A stretch of 63,698 bases of DNA, counting the filler, from Nemertoderma westbladi (lineage: Eukaryota; Animalia; Xenacoelomorpha), in assembly GCA_032718475.1 (NCBI GenBank). It is 3 parts of 3 records of this genome, joined end to end, with 100 filler letters (N's around TTAATTAATTAA, not from the genome) between each part and the next. Parts side by side here need not be neighbours in the genome. Positions count along the whole stretch, not along the records: positions 1 to 31,234 come from JAUCBJ010004032.1; positions 31,335 to 48,880 come from JAUCBJ010003648.1; 1 more part is not named here. One strand, 5' to 3'. The first letter of the stretch is position 1. The number at the start of each line of letters is the position of its first letter. Positions 23,183-36,610 of this stretch are shown here, piece by piece. The notes below the pieces were generated by a model. The model searched no databases. It saw only the letters and a program-made list of their open reading frames with translations, and was not told where the DNA came from. The translations under genes and the position numbers were made by a program.

Positions 23183-26100
23183 ATGGCTGAAATCATTACC
23201 GATTTATCGGAATTGATAAGTCGACGAACTTTGTTAGAGGACCGCTATCTGGAAGCGAGGATATTACACGTGGTTAACTCCTCCAAAACTCTAAAAAGTG
23301 AAGAAAATACGAAAAAGTTCAGAGCATCTTATAATACTATGGTATTTCTAATGTAAGTATTTAAAGAAAATTAGAACAAGAAGCGGTATTCGTTTTCTGG
23401 TGAAGGGCCGGGTGTAGTTTTTTATTTCAACTACTGTAGAGGTAGTCTTTAAAAAGTAATCTGAAATTTTTCATATAGGCCTATAGGTGATTCACGAAAT
23501 GCATAATGCGGGGTTGTGTCTCATATCTGCCAAAAATTTTCTTAAATAGTTAATATCTTAAATAAATATTTCTTTTAAAATATCTTTTTAACGGTGTAGA
23601 AAAATTTCAATATAATTTATTAAAGTTGTTAATATTTATAACTATTTTTGGATAGTTGTAAAACCTGAAAATAAGAAAAAGGATGAAATTATCAATGACA
23701 ATATCGAATTAAACACACATTAAAGTAATCTACTAAATGTCGCTTTCTGTAGCTATTATTAGAAGGCACATTTTTTAATTATTAATAAAATTTGAAAATT
23801 TCGTCGTATTTTCGACCTTAAAAGTAATTTAATTCGAAATAATGTGTGCTTGTTGGTTGTTAGGTGTTGACCAATGGGGGCTTAGATGAATCCACTCAGC
23901 ATTAGCAAATTAGTGTGGGGCGAGCAATGAAAGTAAACAATTATAGGCCTACCTTTACAACGGCTTATGGTCAAAATGTCGAAAGAGCCAAAATGTCGAA
24001 AGAGACAAATTGTCGAAAAGTAGAGTCAAATTGTCGAAAAAGTTTTTGGGCATGTCAAAATGTCGAATTTTTTTTCGACAATATGGCGCACCCCTTTCGA
24101 CAATATGGCGCTTATCCTTTTTTAGATACTTTTGAATTTTGATACTAAATTGTTGAACCTGAGAAATTGGAAACCTGATAATTGATATGGCTAAAGAATT
24201 GTGTATAATATCTCAATAGCAATGGGCAATATAGGCCTATACAGTAAGAGTTATCTTGACTAGCTGACCATTGGGCATTACTCCTCTAAAGCCTGGGGTA
24301 CCAGTCCAATGTCCATCAAACAACGCATGTACATCTTACAGTCATTATAATAAATGTTATTAGGCCATGCAGCCATGTAGTTTGCGAATCGCCCCATCTC
24401 CTCAACCAAGCGTTGGTCCCGTATCTGGATATGTGGAGACTTTGGTTCTAGCAAGGCCTTCATGCGCTGCTGGGAAGTATGTTGATTTAACTGGAAAAAT
24501 TCCAAGATCTCTCCAAGGCACGGATGGAGGCTGGTGAGCCGGGAATGAAGCCCATTGTGGAAACCTTCAGCATAGTTGCTGGTCCTAGGGCCGGTATTTC
24601 CGAACTGTCCCCATCTGATGAATACATCCTGCCGAAGCCAAAATCCAATAAAATATTGTCGAAATTGGAAAACTTTATTGGCTGTTAAAGCGGACATGTT
24701 TGGTAGCTGTTCATTGATCAGAGTATAGGCAACCTGATAGCGATACCCATCAGGAAGGAATGGTAAAGAACGAATCTCTTTGAACCAATACTTTACAGTT
24801 TTACCCTCTGCTGTATCTTCAACACAAACACCTTTGAGGCCAAGGCTGTCTCGCTTCTCGTTTATGGCCTTAGCGAAATGAAAAGCGCATCCTAACACGG
24901 TCGCCATTGGGAAAACTATATTGCAAGCATTCATTGCTGCAAGTTCGAAATCGAAAAGCCACTTAGATGTATTAATTCTGCCACCTTCACCGCAAAGATG
25001 ATAAATGTTATCTCTTAAAGCAGTAAACATCCTGATGTAGCTTCCTTCCGATTGTCCCTTCATCAGAGCGTATCCTAAAACATGGGGCTCTCCACCCACC
25101 ACACCATGCACTGTATACATTTCACCCGGGTTGTGAAATTCGGGAGGCGTAAACTTAAAGTTCCCATCACAGATGACAACTTCGCAATTATTTAACAAGC
25201 GTAGATCATCGTCTGCTGAATAGAGCAGTATTTCTTCTCCCTCAATAATTTCAATTAATGTTGTGTCTACTGTATATAGATTTGTCATTTTGTCGTTCTG
25301 TAGGTGTGTTAGTATTTGGTAATGTTTTAAAACGTTAATAACTCAGCTAATCCTTGATCAAATACAACCAAACTTGGTACACATGTTATTTGGAAAAAGT
25401 TGAGAAATTTTTCGAATATAATTTCCGTGAGGCGTTCAGGATGGGCACAACAAGGCTAATGAACGATGCGAGAGTTGGGTTGATACTCAGTTAATTAATA
25501 ATGAAATCTAACGAAACTTGTTACAAATGTAGTTTGACAAAATTTTATAAATTTTGCGAATTTGCAAATATCATTCAAATTGAAATTGACAATAAAAAAA
25601 ATAGATGTTAGATATTCTTATGATATTAATATTATGTTATTATTATTATTATTAATATTGGTCTCTGCTGGTTGTACAACTGTACAAAATGCTGCAATGT
25701 GACCAGATTTCAAAGTATGGCAAACCTGCACGTCTGGACCTGTACTTCTATCGCATATTTCTGCGCCTCAATATTATTTTTCTGCGCCGTAGTCAAAAAT
25801 TCCGCGCTTGAACAACGTTTTTCTGCGCCTGATTCAATGACATTTTCAAAAAAAATCAAATATCATTTAATCAAATACTAATAATGGAATGTTGTAAGAT
25901 ATTGTTATTTGGTGACCAGGTTATACAGTAGGGCGAAAGCAAAGAGTTTTGCAGTGGATAAGAGTATCCGTTTGCTATAAATTAGCAGATATTTTTGTAT
26001 TTTCGAGACTCTGTATTATTTATAAGTTACGATAATTTTTTTTAGACAAAACCTGGAAGAGCGCATATTGTAAAACTTACTCAAATCATACGTAATTTAA

Positions 26101-29100
26101 TGAGCCCTCGTTACTACAGTAGGTTTACAAATAACAGTTAAAGCGTGTATGTGTGAAAATTGAAATGTATCTCTGTTTTTCACAACTTAAGCCAAACTGT
26201 TTAGCGTTTTCGTATACTGTATATACTGTAATAAAGATTAACTACATTTCAATACTATCGTGTTTGTGTATTGCAAGCATATAGTGTAGTGTACAACCTG
26301 AAAGAGTAAAGTTGAAGGAAGTCTTTAAACCATTACGCAACTCTGCAACACGAACTGCAAGTCAGAAATATCCTGTGCTAATCTTTGTTTACATACTTTT
26401 TAGCTTTTATATTATTTCGTTGATAACTTTTCATTATTTTGGTGTTATATAAGTATCTATCGTTCTATTTATTGCCAACAAGGGTGTTATTCACGGTGTT
26501 TTACGTGATTGAATTTTATTTTCGATATAGAGGAATATTAAATATTTTAAAGTACAGTAGTTAGGAATAATGTGAAAATAAAGTGTTGGATGTTACAATT
26601 AGGACAAATAATGGCTTTAACGATTATTTTATTAGAACTGCCCTAATTTTTATGGCTTAGAACTACTATGGCATTGAAATTTATATTATTAATGTTATAC
26701 TAAGAAGTAAAGAACTGATAATTAATTTCAGAATTGAAAATAATATTGGTGAACAATAAAGACAATTATTATGTGGCATTGAAAATAACTATTTTGTTTT
26801 GTTTTTATATTTGGTGTAGTGATCATTGATAAACTCGATTAATTTTTTAATTAAAATTTAATTTAATTTTTTAATTTTTTTAACTTATTTCATCGTAGGC
26901 CTATCGTTTCCACTGTCTGTATCTTTTCGTTTACATATTTCGTACAAATTTGTGTATTTAATATAAATATTGTATTTTTTGCAGGGATTTAATTTCGGGT
27001 ACAATATTTTGTGTTCTAAATAAGGGCCACAGTGATACGAGGAACTTTTTCGCAACCAATGTCGGTATTGGGGTAGTAGTACGCATAGTTGAACCAGCTT
27101 CTCGGGGAGACAAATGTCATTCGATTCCAATCCTAGCTGTGAGCGTTTCACCAATAGCATTGAACAATGCAACTGTAGATTTGCCTCAGATAGCTATTAA
27201 AGGAGTCACCGGTAGTGACGATATGAAGCCCTTTAGTATAACAATGGGGAATTTACAAATTCAAGGTGTAAGTTCATTAAATTATTTTACACGTTAACTC
27301 TTCAAGTAGTTTAAATTAATCATGAATAATTCTTGACAATATTGAATACATAACTACGTAGCCGATTAGCAATATAGACAAATATTTGATTTTGATTTAC
27401 GTAATTGGATAATTTGGGACTAAAAATATTAATTTTGTCAATAAAAATCAGACAGTAAAGTTACAATATAATTATAAATTACAAAAAATGTGAAAAAGTA
27501 TAACTTATTTCAATATCTTGAGCAAGGATGTTATTACGTTACGTTACGGTATATTTTCCGGAATACCGTAGCTCAATATTTTTCCGTAACGTAAACCGTA
27601 ACGTAATAGCTTTTTCAATACCGTAACGTAATATTACTGTATATGTTTTGCCGTAAACCGTAACGTAATAGCGTAATATTTGTTTTATCTACCAAGCAAT
27701 CATTTTGGACAAAAAAGTAAATCTTTCGACACAAAACTTTCACTTGAACATTCTAGCTATTCAATATAAAGCTAAATGCTTTTAGGTTTTGTTTGTCTTT
27801 ACACGGTATCCTTATCTCCAGTTATTTATGATGAAGTTTTAATTAATAATTAATTAATTAAGTTTAAATTAAACTTAATTAATAGTTGAATTAAGTTTAA
27901 ATTAAACATTAAGTTTTAATTAATGTTAAGCTAACTAGGGCTACTGACTGAACTATTTATACTGAGTTTCTGCTCTATCCTAGCTGTAGCCTATAACAAC
28001 GCAGTATGCTGTAATGGTATAGATCATAGATTTACAGGACAGGTAAGCAGGGTGTGCGGACACTTCCTCCCCCGGACAGTTCCCCCCCCCCCCCCCCGTT
28101 CAAGTAGGACACTTCCCCCCCCAGACACCCCCCCCCGGACACTTCCCCCCCAGACACTTCCCCACCGGACACTTCCCCCCCAGACACTTCCCCACCGGAC
28201 ACTTCCCCCCCAGACACTTCCCCACCGGACACTTCCCCCCGACTGTTCTTAACTTCGCACATTTTTATTTGTCATTTTGTAAGGTAAACGGACCGCTTGT
28301 ATCCAGACAAGTTGTATCAAATTTTCCTCTCTTAGCTCAGAAAGAGATCATTTGCTTTAAAAAGTTCAGTTTTTCAACCGTAACGTAACGTAAAACATCC
28401 TTGATCTTGAGGCAATTTATTTTTGGAGCACCAGTGATGTTAATATGCATAGTTCCGAAAGTTGACAATAAACCGAAAGTTAACGAACTTTATGGGAAAC
28501 TTATCGAAAAGTTTACGGTACTTAATTTATTTTTACATTGGTCTCAAAAGACTAATAATCGAATATTGCTAAATATTTAAGGAATAAAATTATTTTTTTT
28601 GGTTCAATTTATTTCGTTTATTTCAAACTATTTTGTAATATATTTAATATTAAGTAATTAAATAACAGAAAATAACTAATTTATGAAGATATTTAAAATC
28701 ATTTGTAATAACTATTTACATACTTGTGTGTAAAGTAGCACTTTACAGTGTGATGATCCGAGCGGCTTTGTTACACGAACGAACGTTAGTGAGTGAGTGA
28801 AAATAAAGCCACGAGGATCAGAACACTGTAAAGTACTTTGCAACAAGTAGGTATGTAGTTTTATTCCAAAATTGTTACATTACGAAATGATTGTACATAC
28901 AGTACAGGCCACCAGAAAACGCAGATTTGTACAATTGTGAACACATTTTATCAAATGTGTACCAGTGTAATGTAATGTTGCTGAACGGGACAATTGAACA
29001 TAATTGAACATAATTGAATTGGCAACAACCAAAATTTTTTCGCCAAAGGATACAATTGAATACTTTTGAAACGCTTAGTAATCTGGAAACTCTCTGTAGT

Positions 29101-30820
29101 TTGCCGCGAACTGTCACTCACTGCAGCTGGAAATGCGATAAGGATTTTGTTTACCTTTATAGTGTGCGGTTAATAGTGTCTAGTAGGCAGGCCTATAGTT
29201 AGTGATGTTAAGGCATCTTCTGGTGTTTCACTGTGCCCTCTCGGTGTCAGACTAATGGCGCGACATCTCCCTGCACTAAATTAATTATTCAATGGTCTAG
29301 GTTCCTCCATCCATATACCCATCCACTCCCATACACTCTATGAACTTCCATGTGGTCTTGTACAGTATGTACAGTAGTTCTCTCTCTACAAATACAGCCC
29401 ATGTCCGCAATGTTACGCACTGGGGGCTCTCTCATCAACCTGATATCAGACATACAGGCGCACCACACACAAAGCCTTTGTCGGTCCCAGCAAGTTAGCC
29501 TCCTGCTGTGTGATCTAGAAGATAACTCGCCAGAACCTGCCAATCAGATGACTTGAACAAATGTGTTCACATGTGATCACATTGGATGAAATCTGCTTTT
29601 TCTGGTGGCCTGTACTGTATAACATATAACATATACATTATAAGTGTTAGAAACTGCACAAATTATATTAGTTGCTGTATAAATAAATGTAAAAGTGACA
29701 TAAATTATGTATAAAAAAGTTAGCTTATATTTATGGTGGCGTTTGGAGCCGTGTTATAATAATAAAGCTAGGCCCTACTGGTTATTAATAGCTATACCCC
29801 GCCTACCGGTAGGTAATGCAGTAGGCCTATCTGACTGTCCTATCTGGTATCAATGGAAACCTTACCACGTAAACAATAACACCAAATATAATAACTAAAT
29901 GTACAGGCCAATACAATGCTGTAATGTCCTCTAAAGTGCTAAATAAGAACTCGCTGTTAATACTAATGGCGTTGAGTAATGTTACAATTTTGGAATAAAA
30001 ATAGTAATAGTAATCATACAGTAGTAAAGCTTTTTCCAATTTGGATTTTTCTAATAATGAAAAAGTTGTAGTTTGCGAATTATAAGAAATTAAGATTTGT
30101 TATAATAAAAAGTATAGCAATGAAGGAGTGAATGGATATTTACATCATTATGATATGACATTGATATAATTATAATATAATATAATAATATAATATAATA
30201 TATGATATAATTATATCTAATATAATTACATTATTTAAATTCCAGACGAACGTTATCTCGACGCATCGAGGTGTCGTATGCCAAGGGTTGTACGGTCTAT
30301 ACCATAAATGCCCTTGCTTCAACAGCAGTGTAGCCAGAGATAGTCGATGGGTCATTAAGACCGACATTGTCCTTCCGGAGGTTCCTATAGAGGATAAGGA
30401 GCCCCTGAGGCAGTCTACTTTTCATTCTAATGCCTTTACCAGGCTTTTTGTAGAGGAAGCGGCGATAAATGTTAGTTAATTATTTTATCTTCTTATTTTA
30501 AAAGGGAAATAAAATGTGAAAGTATGAAATTGAAATTAATAGTAGCTTATATTTTCCGTCATATGCACGTTATAACAATTTTAGTACTTTTTTTTCTTTA
30601 GTCATATATACAGATATTAACAAATGCTGCGGTCCGTCAACACCTTACTGAACAATTGGCGCAATATAATGGCGGATGGAATGTCTGTGGGTTGACAAAA
30701 TCCAGTACTTCACAGGTTGATGAGGAGGGGGAACAGATTTATAATTCCTCGAAAATTTACATAACTAGTGTGAAGCCAATTAATCACTTGCATCAGTTTG
30801 CTCTTCTTCAAGGTAATTAA
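23183..30820 (+). CDS. Four-exon gene encoding a ~294-aa uncharacterised protein (exons 23183-23352, 26985-27267, 30246-30470, 30614-30820)
   Basis: All three introns are GT-AG with matching phases (2, 0, 0). The spliced frame has no stop from MAEIITDLSEL to FALLQGN*. The ORF track captures only part of exon 3. Confidence 0.8.
23960..24130. repeat. MULE terminal region with AAATGTCGAA subterminal repeats
   Basis: Repeated aaatgtcgaa/aattgtcgaa units and inverted ttcgacaat copies downstream of the transposase stop. Confidence 0.65.
24278..25288 (-). CDS. MULE (Mutator-like) transposase, probably 5'-truncated; lies in intron 1 of the 4-exon gene
   Basis: ICDGNFKFTP, YTVHG, LGYALM, DFELAAMNA, GCAFHF (CxxH) and RTSNYAEGFH give the MULE DDE core. 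The 5' end abuts an inserted repeat at 25290. Confidence 0.9.
   Translation of the reverse strand: MTNLYTVDTTLIEIIEGEEILLYSADDDLRLLNNCEVVICDGNFKFTPPEFHNPGEMYTVHGVVGGEPHVLGYALMKGQSEGSYIRMFTALRDNIYHLCGEGGRINTSKWLFDFELAAMNACNIVFPMATVLGCAFHFAKAINEKRDSLGLKGVCVEDTAEGKTVKYWFKEIRSLPFLPDGYRYQVAYTLINEQLPNMSALTANKVFQFRQYFIGFWLRQDVFIRWGQFGNTGPRTSNYAEGFHNGLHSRLTSLHPCLGEILEFFQLNQHTSQQRMKALLEPKSPHIQIRDQRLVEEMGRFANYMAAWPNNIYYNDCKMYMRCLMDIGLVPQALEE
27523..28403. mobile_element. hAT-type MITE with 8-bp TSD ATCTTGAG
   Basis: TIRs CAAGGATGTTATTACGTTACGTTACGGT / ACCGTAACGTAACGTAAAACATCCTTG. TSD at 27515-27522 and 28404-28411. Confidence 0.9.
28050..28245. repeat. 15-bp C-run repeat (GACACTTCCCCCCCA/GG); G-quadruplex-prone on the minus strand
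   Basis: Visible tandem units nested in the hAT MITE. Confidence 0.9.
28709..30002 (+). mobile_element. Crypton-like family C element interrupted by a MITE
   Basis: Colinear with the uninterrupted copy at 43834-44452. Confidence 0.7.
28900..29617. mobile_element. Tc1/mariner-type MITE with TA TSD, nested in a family C element
   Basis: TIRs CAGTACAGGCCACCAGAAAA / TTTTCTGGTGGCCTGTACTG flanked by TA. The empty site is visible in the paralog near 44015 (tgtacatatacatt). Confidence 0.88.
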
Positions 30821-31234
30821 TTTATAATAGTTTAATAATAGTTTAGTAATAATTTCCAGTGTTGGGGAATTGGAATTGATGAAAATAACTCTTTCAGATA
30901 TTATGGTTGGGCATTCACTTTGTATCGCGGTAGAATAAGGTTTTATAAATTTAGGGATGAGCCGGATTGTCCATTTTAAACCGGCCAGGCCGGAGCCGGA
31001 GCCGGATTTGTAAAAAAATCCGGCCGGGCCGGATTGATTATATATCAACACTTTTTTCACAATCAGCTATGGTACCTGTATGTAGGGATGTCCCGGAATC
31101 GATATTTTGATTCCGGTCGGAACCGGAACCGGAATTCAACATGCAGGAATGTTCCAGCTGGAATTTTCTATAATTGTAGTGAAATACACTAAATGACCCA
31201 TGAAATTTTATAATTTTTTGTGAAACAAATGAAT

Positions 31235-31334
31235 NNNNNNNNNNNNNNNNNNNNNNNNNNNNNNNNNNNNNNNNNNNNTTAATTAATTAANNNNNNNNNN
31301 NNNNNNNNNNNNNNNNNNNNNNNNNNNNNNNNNN
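31235..31334. other. Artificial 100-nt gap/linker (N44-TTAATTAATTAA-N44)
   Basis: N runs around a 12-mer with stops in all six frames. Confidence 0.97.
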
Positions 31335-32840
31335 CTGTATCACAAAATCAGGTTTTGAGAAATTTACCCACACCACCAATCAATCAAAGAAAGGGGGACA
31401 GTACGTGTTCACCCCTTTTAAACCCCCCCCCCCCCCCCCCACCCTTCCCAACCACCAATACATAACCGCGACATCTACCACCCACGGAAGGGTAGCACGA
31501 ACTTATTTCCAATCGCACGTTCAATATGCAAAGCCAGGTGGTTTATAGGAATATAATAAACGCAGTACTCGTATTCATTATAAGCCTCGTTGCGTTCGTC
31601 CTGTTTTGTATTTAAATATATTTCTTAAACGCAGGCTAGGACGTTCTTTATAATAATAATAACTAGGGATGCGATCAATATGTGAAGCCAGGTGGTTTAT
31701 ATAATAATTTAGTCAACGCAGTACTCGTCTTCATTATATGCCTCGTTGCGCTCGTCGCTTGTCCTGTTTTGTTATAAAATATTTTTCCTAAACGCAGACT
31801 GACGATCTTTATACAGTTATAACTATGCGAAGTTTCGAAACTGTGCGAGTAACTGTTGATACATCTATGTGGATATGTGTGATATGTGGAGATGTGTGAT
31901 ACAACGCCAACGCATCTTATGCCGATGTAGTAATATGGGTATTGAAATAATATTAAATTAATGTACACTCTTAAAGCTGCAGCGAAAAAATGTAGCTAAT
32001 TTCCTAGGTTACATATAAAATAATAATATTATTTTTAAGAACATTAATTTTACTACTTTGCAAAAATTCAATTAAAAAATAACCAGACATATACATTGTG
32101 GAATAAACTATTTCAGAAGCCTACACAACAGCCATGCCATGGATAGTATTTATGTTATGATATCTGTCATTCACCTGAGATAGCAATACAACATTTATAG
32201 TGAATTTAAAGAATGCTGTCTGGGCTGGAATAGCAATACTGGTTGTCTATTACTATTCCTCTCTGGTTAGTCTTAGCAACAACTCCCAGCCAGCAGCAGA
32301 GACTTGACCAATAATCATTCCCAGCAACTGGGAATGACACACACATCCCATCTATGTACCAGCATGTTGGCCAATAAATGAGCAGTATTTAATGAGAATA
32401 AATTTTTTTTGCCGTTTTAATTACTTTAGATCAATTAAAGACACAATTATTAAAGCAAATCACTTGAACTAATTAAAAACTATAATAGAATGGCGTATGG
32501 GGATTACATCTGTATAATTTTTAATTATAATTATTTAAATCTTATACTGTAAAACAATTAATTTCCTTTAAAAGGCAGGTTGAAAATGGTGTTTTTACCG
32601 TAATAACTTAATTAACTAATTAACTGCTATTATCTTAGCTTCTCGAAGGCCACACTGAAATTCTACTTGGAAAATTTCTAAACTTTTGCCAAACAACATG
32701 TGTACCAAGTTTGGATAGATTTCATCAAAGATTGGCCGAGTTATTAACGTTTAAAATTGAACACGACAGAACGACAGAACGACAGGTTGATTAATGGTAC
32801 CACTACGCTAAGGCTCACTCACTTCGTGGCTCGCCCCACA
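31335..32840 (+). repeat. Second copy of the 20920-22398 repeat
   Basis: Direct alignment; starts exactly at the contig edge. Confidence 0.85.
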
Positions 32841-34937
32841 GTATCTCAGGTTACAGTACCTACAGTTGTTATACAGTAGTACAGACAATATGTACTGTAT
32901 TTAAATTTTCATTTGAACATTTTTGCAGTGAACAAAAAAAAATATTAAACTGTCAAAAATTAAACTGCATTTACATAAACAACCAACACCCCCCCCCCCC
33001 TTCGACACTACCTCAATTTGCAGAAAACTGAAATTATTGGATAGATATATGGTTTCTTGTCTTCGAATAATCGATTAGAAACAGTTTACAATTTATTATT
33101 TTTAATAAATTCATAATTATGAATTATCTAATATGATTGTAAATAAGATCAAATATATAGATTTTAATAATCGAATTAATATTTTTTGATGATCGCTTAA
33201 AGTTATATAGGATACTCCTAAGTCTTAATGCATTATATATTCTCTTATTTTACTCAAACGATTACATCTCAGTTTGTATAGAGTATTGTAGGTGTAGGGC
33301 CGTAGGTGTAGGCATAGGGTAGGTATGGTAGGCTAACCACTCCAGCCCCACCCCCCCCCCCCCCCTCCCCTCCCCTCCTCTATCCACAGAGTATGCACAA
33401 GGAACGCTATGTGATTGGACAAAGCTAATTTTTTTTAACCTGGGCAGCTACAAATGCCGCTAAATCCACGCTAAAGTGCCGCTAAGGAACCGCTAAAAAC
33501 CGGATAATTATCCCGCTAAAAACACCGCTATAGCGGGGACCACTTTTACGGCGATTATCCGGATATTATCTTATAAAAATAGCGGGATATTAGCAGGATG
33601 GTACATCCCGCTATTAGCGTGCTAATCGCTGGATATGTATTTGCTGGGATGTGAAAGACAACAAACCTTACGTCCAAGAGCGAATATTGGCAGTTTAAAT
33701 TATATTATTGGTGTCCCCCCTTCACGGCCATTGGCATTAACTCATGAAGAACATCAAGGAACAGTACATGCCTACTAGGCATGTACTGTTCCTTGACTGT
33801 GCTATTACCTGTACTGTTTGTCAATGTACTGTACCATTGCCAAGTTAAGTAGAACCTTCGCCCCCCATATCCATCCAATATTCACACAAATACGCAACTC
33901 CTGGTAGAGAGTACAAGCTTAGGAAATCCAGAGTTTATTCAACCCTGTTAATGATGCCAGGCAGAGGGGTGGATTCGATTCGGTAGGAACCGAAAATCTA
34001 CGAAGAAAACATCGCGACAACGCAACACCACGACGTATGATGACCAAACACGTGAGTTGAGAATACTTCGTAAACCTGATATTGAAGTTGATACAGGTGA
34101 AAGTTGGAATATTTCCCAGCATTCAGTATGGAAGCACTATTAATAACCACTGTGGTGAGAATTTAAAGGTGGCTTATCCACGAAACCGGCCGGTCTATTT
34201 TCAATGTTTAACTACAGCTCTCGAAGATCAAGACTCTGATTGTGATCAACCAAAACAAAGCAATATTCTTGAGCAATCTACCTCTGGTACAAATAATTCC
34301 GTCCCCAATACTTCCCCACTAACCCTATCACCCCACTACTAATAATGTTATAGATTGCAGTGAAACAGATGTTATTTAGTTTTATGTAGTTTAGCTTAGT
34401 TATTGTTATGTAGCTTATCTTAGATATTCTGTTTATTCGGAAACAATTATTGTGTTTAAAAAAAAGATAGAAAAAATATTTTTATTTCTTTACTTACAAA
34501 TACTTATTTATTACTTGCGAAAAAAGTAACTATTTTTCACTATTCTCGAGGAATTTTATTTGACTGTTATAATATAAATTACTTAATTTACGTTTTAATT
34601 TTAATAATTACGTAACTAGAGAACCAACCGCGTAACTAGGGATGTCCCGTAATTCCGTTCCGGCCGGAATTCCGGCGATTTTTTACAGATTCCGGTTCCG
34701 GCCGGAACGTGAGGTTATTTTAGAATGTTTTTTTTTGTAATTCAACTGCATCTTTGACCATATTTGGTAGGAAAACATTGAGTTCCGTCTCCTGAGACAC
34801 TAAAGTTGCAATAACATTTAGACTATTTAAGAAATTCCACAAAAAATTTTATTTAATTATTATTTACATCAAAGTGAAATCAATAATTAAAAAATCAATA
34901 TAATATTTATCAATAATAAATCAATATATTATTATTA

Positions 34938-36240
34938 TTACTGGTCTAGTTTTGCTAACACAAAATGTTTACAGTTTAAAAACATCTGCAATCCAAAATC
35001 GTTAGAAACAAGACTACGTGGCCCCGCGGTATTACCAAGGTATTGCCTAAGTTGGTGTAAATCGGAATCCGATAAGATATCAATATCGAATACGTCAACC
35101 ACGGATTCTTCATCTTCAGGGACAGGTCCCTGCCAGTCGATACCAAATTCTGTTACGCCAGCAGTGTTCAGGATAATATTGTCTATATCAGAGTTGACGA
35201 GACGACTGTTAATAAAAATTTGTTTGAGGCTCCAATTACTTTCAGTTCTCAGAAAATGAAAATTCCACGCTACTGAAAATTCCACAAGTGCTTTACTAAT
35301 CCGAGGTATATACACATAGTGCAAGGCAAATAGGTGCCCTTTATTAGTCGAATCCAGGTAATTATTAGTTTCCATCCAGTAAAATAAACGGTAATATGTC
35401 TGACTTACCACTCTAAAAACATCGCGCCACAGCCGCTCAATCCGCTGATTGTGGGTACTTGGACCCGCAATGAAACTACCCCTACCAGTGCCGCGAACCG
35501 ATACCATATAACAAGCAACGTCGCGATTTTCGCCTCCTTTTATCGCCTCGTACACGTGATGGGGTTCCATATAACGATATCGCTTCTTCAAATAGTTCTA
35601 GAACAGTTTGAGCGCAATTATTACTGCTGCATTTTAAGTATGTTATTAAGCGCGAGAACCCATAAATTCCGCCATTGAATAACTAAACCCCATCGAATTA
35701 ACTAATGGTGTCCAACGATGTGCCACAGCGAGTTGGCACCTCGTACGGAATACTTACGTCTTCTCACTAATGCCCCCCATCTCTGGCGCTGATAACACGG
35801 GGTCGATCTTCGTCAATAATATATGAATAGAACTCGAAATGAACTTTTCGTAAAGTAACATGAATGCCACGACTTTCTAAAATACCTTTGACTAAAACGA
35901 CAGCCAGCATGAACATAGTTTCTATGTATTTGTTCGATGATTGTTTGCAAATCAGAGTCACTAATATCGGTAAAGGTTAGCCGACGTTGAATTCAGAATT
36001 CAATCACGCGTCTAGTTATAGTGGCCCTACTAACTCCCACCATTTTACTAATTTGCACCCAGGTAAATCCAACATCTCTCATATATTCTAGCATATCTTT
36101 ATTTAATTCATAGGATGGTCGTCCAGATTCACCACAATGAAATGTACTTATATTCAGTGTTGAACGCGTACAACATGAACTTATATTACCATTTAATGGC
36201 GTAATACTGTTCATCCATGTAAGCCAAGGTCGTGTTTGCT
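34938..36240 (-). pseudogene. IS3EU-like DDE integrase-core transposase, frameshifted
   Basis: N-terminal HTH GRPSYELNKDMLEYMRDVGFTWVQISKMVGVSRATITRR. Decayed LIRWGLVI...[10 protein letters not shown] block. GGENRDVA...[26 protein letters not shown]. Confidence 0.82.
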
Positions 36241-36284
36241 GTTCTAGTTCTTGAATAGTATTATTTCCATTACTTTACTGTGAC

Positions 36285-36492
36285 AACGTTACTGCAGTAC
36301 GGTTTTGACTTTACTGCAGTAAGGTCAAACCTTACTGCAGTACGGTTTTAACTTTACTGCAGTAAGGTCAACCCTTAATGCAGTTCGGTTTTAACTTTAC
36401 TGCAGTAAGGTAAAACGTTACTGCAGTAACCTAAAAAGTTACTGCAGTACGGTTTTAACTTACTGCAGTAAGGTAAAAAGTTACTGCAGTAG
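36285..36492. repeat. Array of ~21-bp units with the palindromic core TTACTGCAGTA
   Basis: About ten units next to the IS3EU-like gene; likely subterminal repeats of a DNA transposon. Confidence 0.85.
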
Positions 36493-36610
36493 TTATTTAG
36501 TTATATTAATTAGTTACACACAAACCTCATACAGTACGTTAGTGCACAACCCCCACTGCTGTTCCTGTTATACACACCCTCAAGCGTTAGAGGTTTTGAG
36601 CCTAAAGAGA

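Noticed and set aside
31279-31290. TTAATTAATTAA as a biological motif
   Set aside because: Centred in N runs, identical at both gaps; assembly linker.
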